The notes: generated by a model from the sequence alone, not told the origin. Positions 9,200 to 18,224 are shown, counted from the stretch's first letter. The stretch: 58,239 bases of DNA from Candidatus Blackburnbacteria bacterium RIFCSPHIGHO2_01_FULL_43_15b (GCA_001816385.1 MHBW01000031.1:1-58239), one strand, 5' to 3'. Numbers and translations are program-made.

Positions 9200-9371
9200 A
9201 TATAAAGGCCACGCCGTAATCGCCGCTGGAAACGCCCGTTCCGCCATCTACATATTAGCCATTTCCCCTCCTTAAGGTTCTGGTTTACCAGGTTCTTGCC
9301 CGTTATTGCCAGGTCTCTAATCCTCCAATGCCACGATATATCTTGCCGGAAGGGGGCGAGCAAGTAAACTT

Positions 9372-9452
9372 ATGAGCATTCTAGGTTGGGTAACGTTCGG
9401 CCTTATCGTAGGCACGTTAGCAAATATCATCGACCCTCGACCTTCAATATGA
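9372..9452 (+). pseudogene. truncated GlsB/YeaQ/YmgE-family (transglycosylase-associated) membrane protein gene
   Basis: MSILGWVTFGLIVGTLANIIDPRPSI* matches the N-terminal helix of this roughly 80-aa family. It stops after 26 codons at a TGA that lies inside the 28-bp repeat. Confidence 0.5.
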
Positions 9453-9476
9453 ACTACCACCCCTCGCGCCGTGGTA
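9449..9476 (+). repeat. 28-bp direct repeat, copy 1 (atgaactaccacccctcgcgccgtggta)
   Basis: Identical to 9752-9779. It contains the hairpin taccac-N10-gtggta. The preceding ccttcaa is also shared between the two copies. Confidence 0.9.
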
Positions 9477-9506
9477 GCCTATCATTTAGAGTATACTAAC
9501 AGCGAA

Positions 9507-9755
9507 ATGGCTAACAAAAAGAGTCATACAGACAGTGAAGCTTTTGACCAAGTGCTTCATGACATCAAAACTCCCTTAACAAATATAAAAACCTTTAGCT
9601 ATCTCCTAAACCGCCAACTGGAAACAGGTCAGGATAAAGAAGCTTGTGTAAATTATGTGGGCAAAATACAAACCAATCTAGATCGAGCCATTAGTCTTCT
9701 TGACAACCTTACCGCAACAGTCCGGCAATCTCTGAAAAACCCTTCAAGCACATGA
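9507..9755 (+). pseudogene. isolated HisKA (dimerisation/phospho-acceptor) fragment of a sensor histidine kinase
   Basis: The H-box HDIKTPLTNIKTFSYLL is present, but there is no sensor domain and no ATPase domain. The ORF ends at the TGA inside repeat copy 2. Confidence 0.5.
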
Positions 9756-9779
9756 ACTACCACCCCTCGCGCCGTGGTA
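9752..9779 (+). repeat. 28-bp direct repeat, copy 2
   Basis: Identical to 9449-9476 by manual alignment. Confidence 0.9.
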
Positions 9780-10207
9780 TCCCCACTTACGGGATTCTTA
9801 CCTAATTTTGCCCCAGTTTTAAAGGTCGATAGGTAGCATACGTCTAAAGCCATGAAATTCCTGCCCTCTGAGCGACACAAAATAGTCCTAGGCCCCTCTA
9901 CTCATATCGCCTATTTTCCTTATGAGATGGCATCTCCCAAGTTGAATGTACACGGCCCGCTAGAAAGGGCGTTCTACGCGACCACAAGTCATACTCAACC
10001 CATCATTCATCCTTCGTCCGGATCGAATATTCACACACTACCTGTCAACGGCGAAGAGACACCACAACGCTCGGGCAAAGTACGCAGCCTGCTGAAAAAC
10101 ACACTCGTAGAGCATTTATATACACTTTTTGCCGCACCGATCGAGTAAGCCATATGATCAGTAATTTTGGCAGTGAGCACGGTCCGCCCTAATCTCTGTC
10201 TAATCTT

Positions 10208-10879
10208 TTACTCCTTGAGGACGTACCCAAACCCGCGGACAGAAGAGAGGAGTTTTATTTTGTGACCCCTATCGACTTTTTTGCGCAAATAGCCGATGTA
10301 GACATCAACAACTCGGGTTTCTACCTCGGGAGAATAAAACCAAACCCGGTTTAGAATCGCGTCTCTGGTTAAAACTCGTCCGTGGTTGGCCATTAGATAT
10401 TGCAGTAATTTGAACTCCTGTGGAGTAAGGCTCACAAGCTTACTGCCTCTTTTGACTTCAAAAGTGGTAGGGTCGAGTTCTAAATCCCCTACTTTCATTT
10501 TTTGCTCTCCCATCTGATGCGATCTTAATCTGGCTTTTGCCCGAGCTATCAGTTCATCCGCCACAAAAGGTTTAGTTACATAATCGTCAGCCCCCAAATT
10601 TAATCCCCTGATCACATCTGAAGTAGTGTCGCGAGCAGTCAAAACAACAACAGGCAGCTCCGGATACTTTTTCCTGACCTCCATTAAAACACTTTCTCCA
10701 CTCATTACAGGCAACCCCAGATCAAGAATCAGCAAATCAAACTCACCTTTGTTAATGTTTTTTAAAGCTTCCACTCCATCGGAAGCTGTTTTTACAAAAA
10801 AACCCTCTGCTGTAAAAAGCTCTTTTAAAGAGCTCTGTAAATCCTTGTCGTCCTCAACTAAAAGTAGTTTAGAAACCAT
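10208..10879 (-). CDS. OmpR/PhoB-family response regulator
   Basis: 223 aa. The receiver domain (LLVEDD...DLLILDLGLP...TKPF) is followed by a winged-helix trans_reg_C domain (LTPQEFKLLQYL...VDVYIGYLRKK...RGFGY). Confidence 0.9.
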   Translation of the reverse strand: MVSKLLLVEDDKDLQSSLKELFTAEGFFVKTASDGVEALKNINKGEFDLLILDLGLPVMSGESVLMEVRKKYPELPVVVLTARDTTSDVIRGLNLGADDYVTKPFVADELIARAKARLRSHQMGEQKMKVGDLELDPTTFEVKRGSKLVSLTPQEFKLLQYLMANHGRVLTRDAILNRVWFYSPEVETRVVDVYIGYLRKKVDRGHKIKLLSSVRGFGYVLKE

Positions 10880-10946
10880 ATTAAAGCTATTGTCCCGATA
10901 TTAAACTAAAATTGTAAGAAGTGTGTGAGAAATGTAAAGTGGCAAT

Positions 10947-11726
10947 TTGACAAAACACTCAGGTGTGCTAAGCTCTACAAATAGCCCCATGCCAAATCGA
11001 GCACTTTTGGGTTTTGTGTTAAGTGTAGTTTTCATCTTTGCCGCAATTTTTGCTTTGCCTCTAAGCCGAATCGATTGGGGGAATCTCCACTTTACTCCCG
11101 GAAAAACTATAACCGTCATAGGCCAGTCCCAAACCACACAGAAAAACCAAGTTGCCAGCTTTACCGCAGGAGTAAACGCAGTAAACGACAACAAAGACCA
11201 AGCCGTTGGCGAAGTTAACAAAAAAATGACAGACATTATTAAATCTGTTAAAGACTTTGGCGCCAAAAGCGAAGATATTCAAACCCAAAATATGAGCGTT
11301 TACCAAACTCAAGAAAGCTATTACGACACCGACGGCAGACAAAAAACCAGGCCCGGACAATGGCAGGTTTCTAACTCTATTCAAATAACGTTGCGTGACG
11401 CAAACCGCGCCTCAGATTTAGCAAACTTGCTAACAACCAGCGGAGCAAATAATGTATACGGACCAAGCTTTTCTTTGGAAAGCTTTAAAGATGCAGAAAA
11501 TCAGTTATTGCAAGACGCGATCGAAGATGCAAAGAAAAAGGCTGGTATAATCGCTAGCGCTTCCGGTGGAAAGCTGGGAAAAGTCATTAGTATAACAGAA
11601 GGAACACAACCTGACGCTACATTATTATTTGCCAAGGAAGGCATGGGTGGAGGCGGAGGAGTACCTACAGAGCCCGGATCGACAACAACAGGTAAATTGG
11701 TAACTGTCATGTTTCAATTACAATAA
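10947..11726 (+). CDS. SIMPL/DUF541-family secreted protein
   Basis: 259-aa ORF (alternative ATG at 10989) with an N-terminal TM helix. The pattern ITVIGQS...DIQTQNMSVYQ...WQVSNSIQITLRD...KKAGIIASASGGKLGKVISITEG fits SIMPL. Confidence 0.75.
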   Translation: MTKHSGVLSSTNSPMPNRALLGFVLSVVFIFAAIFALPLSRIDWGNLHFTPGKTITVIGQSQTTQKNQVASFTAGVNAVNDNKDQAVGEVNKKMTDIIKSVKDFGAKSEDIQTQNMSVYQTQESYYDTDGRQKTRPGQWQVSNSIQITLRDANRASDLANLLTTSGANNVYGPSFSLESFKDAENQLLQDAIEDAKKKAGIIASASGGKLGKVISITEGTQPDATLLFAKEGMGGGGGVPTEPGSTTTGKLVTVMFQLQ

Positions 11727-11751
11727 AAGAAATATGAATTTCTCTTCGGCT
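11724..11751 (+). repeat. third copy of the 30-bp repeat, overlapping the SIMPL stop codon
   Basis: taaaagaaatatgaatttctcttcggct matches the 9137 and 9170 copies at 26 of 28 positions. Confidence 0.8.
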
Positions 11752-11762
11752 GTCGTATAGGT

Positions 11763-12164
11763 ATGCAAAAATCTGCTTTAATTTTTTTCTTACTTCTTTT
11801 CTCTTTTTTCTTACTCGTTCAACCATCTGTCGCCCAGGCCGAGCCATCCACTAAGAGTAAGTCGCCCACAGTCTCTGCTTCTGTTGCCAAAAACCGCAAA
11901 TCAGCTTATGTCACTTTTTCAAATCTTACTAGCGTTAAAACTGTGCGCTATATGTTTACCTACGACTCCAAAGGTGGCCCCCAGGGAGCCAGTGGAACTA
12001 TAAGGTTAAAATCCAGGACAAAAACTTTGTCCCGAAGATTGTTGTTTGGAACCTGTTCAAAAAATGTTTGTACTTATCACAAAAATGTAACCAATATTAA
12101 GTTGAGCGTTGATTTTACCCTAAAATCCGGCGGAGTTGTCTCCTTTGAAAAGAAGCTTAAGTAA
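11763..12164 (+). CDS. small secreted protein, function unknown
   Basis: 133 aa with a clear signal peptide (LLLFSFFLLVQPSVAQA). Confidence 0.6.
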   Translation: MQKSALIFFLLLFSFFLLVQPSVAQAEPSTKSKSPTVSASVAKNRKSAYVTFSNLTSVKTVRYMFTYDSKGGPQGASGTIRLKSRTKTLSRRLLFGTCSKNVCTYHKNVTNIKLSVDFTLKSGGVVSFEKKLK

Positions 12165-12232
12165 TCAACAAACTATCCACAGCTTATCAGGAGCTCTTTC
12201 CACCACATTTCAACATGCTTATCCACAATCTC

Positions 12233-13669
12233 TCACTTCTTAGTTTTAGAGGTAGAATAAGAAGCTAAAACTTGACCGATTCCATCCTTTAAATCTTTAA
12301 AGATATTTTCAGCCGACTCATTTTTCAACGCCTCGCCTAAAGCATTTTTGTATATTCTGGAGAACTTTGAATTTATTCCCAGAGACCCATCATTGGTGTT
12401 TGCTGACAAGTAAGAAGAGTCGGCTGTGGCCGCTTCCTGGGAATATACTCCTAAAACAGGATCGCTTGTGTAGTTGCCAGCCAAATCTACCCTGGAGGGT
12501 AAGAATACTTCTCCGCCTGCTATTTTTTGGTTAGTTTGTAAAACAGGCAAAACTGAGGTTGAGGTTATAAAATTGAGAAACTCCCAAGCTTCTTTTTGGT
12601 GTTTACTTTTATTCGAAACACTTTCTACCTGATATGATGCAAAATTTACATCTTGCAGATTGTTGTTAAGTTTGGGAAGTTGGGGTACTGGACTAATCTT
12701 GAAAGCAAGGCCGGGGTTTGCCTTGATCACCTCAAAAGCTTCGGAGGCAGGAGCAATATACATAGCCACCTGCCCTCGCGAGAAAGCCGTGAGCGAATTT
12801 GGAAGAGAGTTGTCCCAATAACCATCTTCTCCGACAAAACTCAAAAATGTATTTAAAACATCAACTGCCGCAGTGGTATCGGGATCATCCGGATTAATTT
12901 TACTTTGCAAAATCATTAAAGAAAGCACGTCTTCCCAATAATTAACATTCTCTGTCTCCCCCAAAGCCACCCCTGCTCTGGTTATCCTCCTGTTTTCGTC
13001 ACGAGTAGTAAAAGTTTTGGCAAGAGCAGTGAGTTCATTCCAATCCTTAGGTGGTAAGACTTGCTTTTCATCAAACATCGCGGTGTTGGTAAATAGTGCC
13101 AAGCCATCAAAATTAAGCGGTATCCCGGCAAAAGAAGAGCCAAGAACCAGGTCGCGTGAGACAACTGGATAGAAATTTTTTTTGTATGCATCGGGCAAAA
13201 TGACAGTGGCAGGCAATGGAGAAAGTTCTGCTGAAAACATTGGAGCCCAAGTGTTGTGTATCTCGTAAATATCCGGCCCCTTATCTTTTTCAAGAGAACT
13301 TTTTAGCCTGTCTCTGTAATCTTGGGCGTCTTGCTTTACATAAACTACCTTAACGTTATTTTTCTTTTCGTATTCCCCAAGTATCGGAGCAACAGCAGCT
13401 GACTCAAGAGTTATCCCCCACCAGGTAATTTCAACTGGTTTATCTTTGCTCATATTTTGTCCCGATAAAAAATATCTAACGCCCACGGCCAAGGCTAGTA
13501 CTAATACCAATCCCCCCACTGTTCCCAAAATCAAAAGTATTGGAAGCTTTCTTTTAGGAGTTTGTCCTAGAACCGGCGGAGGCGTTGACGGCGGCACCAC
13601 ATTCTCTTCTGTATTCTGACTATTCACTAACTCTGGAGGCTCCATGGTTGGATACATGTTATCATACAA
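12233..13669 (-). CDS. membrane-anchored extracellular solute-binding protein (ABC transporter, family 1-like)
   Basis: 478 aa with an N-terminal TM helix. ITWWG...VKVVYVKQDAQDYRDRL...GPDIYEIHNTW is typical of sugar-type solute-binding proteins. No permease or ATPase gene is adjacent. Confidence 0.65.
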   Translation of the reverse strand: MYDNMYPTMEPPELVNSQNTEENVVPPSTPPPVLGQTPKRKLPILLILGTVGGLVLVLALAVGVRYFLSGQNMSKDKPVEITWWGITLESAAVAPILGEYEKKNNVKVVYVKQDAQDYRDRLKSSLEKDKGPDIYEIHNTWAPMFSAELSPLPATVILPDAYKKNFYPVVSRDLVLGSSFAGIPLNFDGLALFTNTAMFDEKQVLPPKDWNELTALAKTFTTRDENRRITRAGVALGETENVNYWEDVLSLMILQSKINPDDPDTTAAVDVLNTFLSFVGEDGYWDNSLPNSLTAFSRGQVAMYIAPASEAFEVIKANPGLAFKISPVPQLPKLNNNLQDVNFASYQVESVSNKSKHQKEAWEFLNFITSTSVLPVLQTNQKIAGGEVFLPSRVDLAGNYTSDPVLGVYSQEAATADSSYLSANTNDGSLGINSKFSRIYKNALGEALKNESAENIFKDLKDGIGQVLASYSTSKTKK

Positions 13670-13671
13670 GC

Positions 13672-15456
13672 ATGCAAATTAGTATTCCAGCTACAGAGGA
13701 AGAGTTGTCAAAATTTTGGCTCAAAACACTTGTTTTGAAAACTCTTTTTTGGACAGTTTTGTTTTTGGCAATTTTAACCGCCACCTACACCATTTATTTT
13801 TTTAACAAAATTTTTCCAGGCATACACTTGGCCAACGTCGATTTGTCAGGAAAAACCAAAGAGCAGGCATTAAAACTTCTTTCTGAAAACAAACCGCCCA
13901 ATCTGGTTTTAGCTGCCAACAACCCCAAAATCCAAATGCCACTCAACCTAGAGGCAAATTACAATTATGAACAATCCACAGAAGCGGCCTACGCTGTCGG
14001 TCGCACAGGAAGTTTTGAAGATAGATTTTTGGCTAAAGTGTCCGCCTTGGTTCAAAAACCTAACCTTCCTTACACGTACTTCTTAAACCAGGATACTCTT
14101 GATAAAAACCTGGCCGATTTAGCCGACCAGATTGGTGTCCCACCCACAGAACCCACATTGTCAATTGAAAAAAACACTGTGGTTGTCAACAAAGGCAAAG
14201 ATGGAGTTGAAGTTGATCAAGCCAAACTCAAAGAGCAAGTCCTAGAAAATTTAAAGTACAAGAAAGGTGACGCTATTGGCATTCCACTAAAAAAGACAAG
14301 TGCCCAACTTTCCGATCAGGAAGCAGAAGACGTTCGAGGGCGCGCGCAAAACCTAATTGGAAAAATTCTCAAACTTTCAATCGACTATAAAACAAATCAG
14401 AATTTATCTTCAACTTCGTATAAAAACTTTGACTATAAAGCTTCTGATCTCCTTCCCATCCTGACTCCGGATGGTGTCAAAGAAGAGAAGTTAACAGCGT
14501 TAATCGACAACATTGCCTCATCAATTGATACCCAACCACAAAACGCCCGACTTGTGTTCGAAGAAGGCAAGGTCAAAGAGTTTGCCCCAGGAAAAGACGG
14601 ATTGGAAACAAACAAAAGTGAGCTGGCAAACAGACTAAAGACAGGTATAGAAAGTTTAGTTGTTAGTGAGCTAAAAGTAACTAAAGTTGAAATTCCGGTC
14701 AATCGAAAGAAACCTCAAGTAGGAACCGGAGATGTTAACAGCCTAGGAATAAAAGAACTCATAGGCCGTGGCGCTTCCCTTTTTGTGGGTTCTATCCCGG
14801 CAAGAGTGCATAATGTGGCACTAGCCGCCAATAGGCTTAATGGACTGTTGATTAAGCCAGGTGAAACTTTTTCTTTTAATAGCGCATTGGGGGACGTGTC
14901 TGCCTACACCGGCTATCAACAAGCGTATATTATCAAAGATGGAAAAACAGTTTTGGGGGACGGCGGGGGTGTTTGCCAAGTATCAACCACACTTTTTCGT
15001 GCAGCACTAAATGCCGGACTTCCCATTATAGAACGCCGCGCTCACGCTTATCGTGTGCACTATTACGAAGAAGATACTAAACCTGGTATTGATGCAACTG
15101 TTTATTCGCCTAGTATTGATCTAAGAATTCAGAATGATACCCCTGCCAATATTCTTATTCAAACTTCAACCGATACAAAAAACATGAAGCTTACTTTTGA
15201 ATTATATGGGGCATCTGATGGAAGAATAGCTCAAATATTAAATCACAGAATTTGGGACATAGTTTCTGCTCCCCCACCCATCTATCAAGATGATCCTACG
15301 CTTGCGCCAGGTACCGTAAAACAAGTAGACTTTGCCGCTGCCGGGACAAAGGCTGCCCTTGACTATAAAGTCACCAGAAATGGTGAGGTTTTGCAAAACA
15401 GAACGTTTTACTCAAATTACCGCCCCTGGCAGGCAATATTCCTGCGAGGCCCCTAG
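13672..15456 (+). CDS. VanW-family protein
   Basis: The start is set at ATG 13672 because the longer ORF from 13585 overlaps the divergent gene. The VanW core is GETFSFNSALGDVS...GGGVCQVSTTLFRAALNAGLPIIERRAHAY. Confidence 0.8.
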   Translation: MQISIPATEEELSKFWLKTLVLKTLFWTVLFLAILTATYTIYFFNKIFPGIHLANVDLSGKTKEQALKLLSENKPPNLVLAANNPKIQMPLNLEANYNYEQSTEAAYAVGRTGSFEDRFLAKVSALVQKPNLPYTYFLNQDTLDKNLADLADQIGVPPTEPTLSIEKNTVVVNKGKDGVEVDQAKLKEQVLENLKYKKGDAIGIPLKKTSAQLSDQEAEDVRGRAQNLIGKILKLSIDYKTNQNLSSTSYKNFDYKASDLLPILTPDGVKEEKLTALIDNIASSIDTQPQNARLVFEEGKVKEFAPGKDGLETNKSELANRLKTGIESLVVSELKVTKVEIPVNRKKPQVGTGDVNSLGIKELIGRGASLFVGSIPARVHNVALAANRLNGLLIKPGETFSFNSALGDVSAYTGYQQAYIIKDGKTVLGDGGGVCQVSTTLFRAALNAGLPIIERRAHAYRVHYYEEDTKPGIDATVYSPSIDLRIQNDTPANILIQTSTDTKNMKLTFELYGASDGRIAQILNHRIWDIVSAPPPIYQDDPTLAPGTVKQVDFAAAGTKAALDYKVTRNGEVLQNRTFYSNYRPWQAIFLRGP

Positions 15457-15471
15457 CCCACACATTGAAAC

Positions 15472-16578
15472 ATGTCAAAATCAAAACATTTCAAAACCAT
15501 ATATGGGGGGAACATTCCTTTGCCAGTGTTTTTTCCCGATGCAACTCGCGCTGTTGTCAAAACAATAGACAGTGTAGATATTGAAAAGACTAAAACCCCA
15601 GGCATACTTGTTAACACATATCATCTGATGCGAGAGCTGGGCAACAAGGTGATAAAAAGCCATAAAGGCGTAAGAAATTTTATGTCTTGGGATGGAGCGG
15701 TCATTTCTGACTCGGGAGGATTTCAGGTGATGTCTGTGGCCAAGAAAATGAGCGGCAGGAAAGCCATAACAGATCGCGGGGTAACTTTTACTCAAAATGG
15801 TAAAAAAGTTTCTATCACTCCCGAGAAATCAATTGAATTTCAAATGTCGCTAAAGAGCGATATGGTTGTCGTTTTGGACGACTTTACTCCGCCTAATGTC
15901 AGCTTTGAAGAAGCTAAAGATACCGTTGTCCGTACCTTAAAATGGGCAAAAAGAAGCAAAGACGAATTTGAAAGGATTTGCAATAAGGAAAAACTTGACC
16001 AAGCCTCCCGTCCTTATCTTTTGGGTGTGGTGCAGGGAGGAGATTTTTTAGATTTGCGGGCCGAATGCACTCAAAAACTGGTTGAGACTGGTTTTGATGG
16101 TTTAGGCTACGGCGGCTGGCCTATTGATTCGGAAGGAATGTTTAACTACGCCGTTGCCCAAACTATTGCCGAAAATTCTCCCAAAGATTATCTTCTATAC
16201 GGATTGGGGATTGGCAAACCCCATGAGGTGGTAGCCCTTTGTAAACTTGGGTATGACATCTTTGACTGTGTACTTCCCACGAGAGATGCCAGACACAAGC
16301 GTCTGTATGTTTATAATGCCCCTTCAATAGACAAAATTAATATCGAGGAAGATAAATTTTCTAGCTACTACGTCCCCGACAAAGAGCGCTATTACAACGA
16401 TACAGAACCGGTTTCAACCGCGTGCGACTGCCTTTTGTGTACCCGCTACTCCCGCGCCTATTTAGCCCACCTTTTTAGGATTGAAGAGTCAACTGCGCTT
16501 CGGTTGGCAACAATTCACAATTTACGCTTCTATTCCATACTTATGGAAAAAATCCGGGGGGCTCAAGAGTCGTGGTAA
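15472..16578 (+). CDS. tgt: tRNA-guanine transglycosylase (queuine tRNA-ribosyltransferase family)
   Basis: 368 aa. Motifs present: NTYHLM, SDSGGFQVMS, DIFDCVLPTR and the Zn site CDCLLCTRYSRAYLAHL. Confidence 0.85.
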   Translation: MSKSKHFKTIYGGNIPLPVFFPDATRAVVKTIDSVDIEKTKTPGILVNTYHLMRELGNKVIKSHKGVRNFMSWDGAVISDSGGFQVMSVAKKMSGRKAITDRGVTFTQNGKKVSITPEKSIEFQMSLKSDMVVVLDDFTPPNVSFEEAKDTVVRTLKWAKRSKDEFERICNKEKLDQASRPYLLGVVQGGDFLDLRAECTQKLVETGFDGLGYGGWPIDSEGMFNYAVAQTIAENSPKDYLLYGLGIGKPHEVVALCKLGYDIFDCVLPTRDARHKRLYVYNAPSIDKINIEEDKFSSYYVPDKERYYNDTEPVSTACDCLLCTRYSRAYLAHLFRIEESTALRLATIHNLRFYSILMEKIRGAQESW

Positions 16579-17600
16579 TTTTAGGAATCGAAACTTCGTG
16601 CGATGAAACAGCTGCCTCAGTGGTCCGAGATGGAAAAGAAATACTCTCCAACGCGATTGCTTCCTCAGTTGAAATGCACGCCAAAACCGGCGGCATAATC
16701 CCCGAACAAGCCGCCCGCGAACAAGTGCGCTCCATTATTCCTGTTATCAGTGAAGCAACGGTAAATAGTAAATATGAAATAAAAAATATAGACGCGATCG
16801 CTGTAACTTGCGGCCCGGGCCTGATCGGTTCTCTGTTGGTTGGTGTAGAAACTGCCCGAACATTGGCTTGGGTTTGGAATAAACCCATCGTCCCCGTAAA
16901 CCACCTTTTGGGCCATATTTATGCCAATTGGCTACAAACCCCACCAATACTTCCAGCAATCGCTTTGGTGGTCTCTGGCGGTCACACAGATATTGTTTTG
17001 TTGAAAGACCGGAAAGAAATCGAATGGATCGGCGGCACACGTGATGACGCCGCTGGCGAAACCTTTGATAAAGCAGCACGTCTTTTAGAACTTGGCTACC
17101 CCGGCGGTCCGGCTATCTCGGCTGCTGCCGAGAAATTCCAAACAACAAATCCCAAGACACAAATAAAATTACCCAGACCCTTACTGTACGATAAAACATT
17201 TGATTTTTCTTTCAGTGGTCTAAAAACTGCAGTGCTTCGCGAAGTGAATCACCTTAAAGAAATTAATCAATTTAATAGTGAAACAACAAATCAGGTTGCT
17301 CATGAGGTGCAGGAAGCAATCACCGATGTTCTTGTTATAAAAACCTTAAAGGCCGTGCGGGAATATTGTGTAAACACAGTACTTGTCTCCGGCGGTGTTG
17401 CCGCCAATTCCCGCCTTCGCGAAAAGTTTGCGTTGGAAATTGAAAATTGGAAATTGGAAATTGATTTACGTGTTCCCCCTCCGCACCTGTGCACCGACAA
17501 CGCCGACATGGTTGCTGCTGCTGCAGAATTTAATTACCACCCTATCCCCTGGCAAGAAGTTACAACCAACCCTGGTTTACAAATTGCAGAGGCCGTTTGA
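16572..17600 (+). CDS. tsaD: tRNA N6-adenosine threonylcarbamoyltransferase
   Basis: 342 aa. Motifs present: ILGIETSCDETAASVV, NHLLGHIY, SGGHT, GGVAAN and CTDNADM. It overlaps tgt by 7 nt. Confidence 0.9.
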   Translation: MVILGIETSCDETAASVVRDGKEILSNAIASSVEMHAKTGGIIPEQAAREQVRSIIPVISEATVNSKYEIKNIDAIAVTCGPGLIGSLLVGVETARTLAWVWNKPIVPVNHLLGHIYANWLQTPPILPAIALVVSGGHTDIVLLKDRKEIEWIGGTRDDAAGETFDKAARLLELGYPGGPAISAAAEKFQTTNPKTQIKLPRPLLYDKTFDFSFSGLKTAVLREVNHLKEINQFNSETTNQVAHEVQEAITDVLVIKTLKAVREYCVNTVLVSGGVAANSRLREKFALEIENWKLEIDLRVPPPHLCTDNADMVAAAAEFNYHPIPWQEVTTNPGLQIAEAV

Positions 17601-17605
17601 TATAT

Positions 17606-17803
17606 CTATTTCTTTTTGGAGAATTCTTCTTGAGTTAAACCCGATTGCTTGATTATCGACTTTATGGTTCCTTTGGGAACCGAACCCCTTGAGTTGAAAG
17701 CTACTGTGACTAAATGCTTTTCTTTTCGAAGCCTGATGTGGCTCCCAGACGTCCGCACCTTCTCAAATCCATGACTAAAAAGAATAGATAAACCTCCCGC
17801 GAT
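17606..17803 (-). CDS. hicA: HicA-like mRNA interferase toxin with no canonical start codon
   Basis: My own translation gives IAGGLSILFSHGFEKVRTSGSHIRLRKEKHLVTVAFNSRGSVPKGTIKSIIKQSGLTQEEFSKKK*. This fits the HicA pattern GF..GSH...G(T)(I/L)..I.KQ.GL. It lies in the same frame as hicB, directly after hicB's TAA. There is no ATG, GTG or TTG in the first codons. Confidence 0.55.
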   Translation of the reverse strand: MAGGLSILFSHGFEKVRTSGSHIRLRKEKHLVTVAFNSRGSVPKGTIKSIIKQSGLTQEEFSKKK

Positions 17804-18112
17804 TTAAGAGAAGGCAGTTTTGATATCTGGTGTTAGTGGGATTGAGGCAACTGTGTGAGAAACTGTAACAAGAATATCTTCAACTATCGCACCCTTTGCA
17901 ATCTTTGTGGGTTTCTTGTTAGTTGGTATTGTCTCCCAGTCTTCTAACTTGGAAAGCACAACAAGCTCCAAAGCGTCTTGCGCCATAAATCGAGCTTCTG
18001 CCAACGATTCTCCAAAGGTTGCGATCTCCGGCAAAGCAGGCACAGAAACGTTATAAACACCTTCTTCGCCTTTTTCCGGAGTAAAAACAACTGTGAATTT
18101 ACACACCTTCAT
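17804..18112 (-). CDS. hicB: HicB-family antitoxin
   Basis: 102 aa. FTVVFTPEKGEEGVYNVSVPALPEIATFGESLAEARFMAQDALELV is a typical HicB/UPF0150 N-domain. Confidence 0.75.
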   Translation of the reverse strand: MKVCKFTVVFTPEKGEEGVYNVSVPALPEIATFGESLAEARFMAQDALELVVLSKLEDWETIPTNKKPTKIAKGAIVEDILVTVSHTVASIPLTPDIKTAFS

Positions 18113-18148
18113 GGTTAAATTCTACCATCAGCTTGCAAGACTTGCACA

Positions 18149-18202
18149 AAAAGGGTGGTACCGTCTGAAATAGACCCCTCGCAATAACATGCGAGGTTTT
18201 TT
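18149..18202 (+). promoter_or_regulatory. T-box riboswitch 3' domain (T-box sequence, antiterminator and intrinsic terminator) upstream of valS
   Basis: aaAGGGUGGUACCGuc (18149-18164) matches the T-box consensus AGGGUGGNACCGCG. The antiterminator is GGG[UGGUACC]GUCU-gaaau-AGAC-CCC. The competing terminator is CCUCGC-aauaacau-GCGAGG followed by U6 (18177-18202). Confidence 0.7.
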
Positions 18203-18224
18203 ATTACGTGTTACCCTTAAGCAT

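Noticed and set aside
18189-18224. ATG 18189 as the valS start, as given in the ORF track.
   Set aside because: This ATG lies in the loop of the T-box terminator hairpin. The encoded MRGFLLRVTLKH has no counterpart in ValRS. ATG 18225 (MDKNQ...) is the plausible start.
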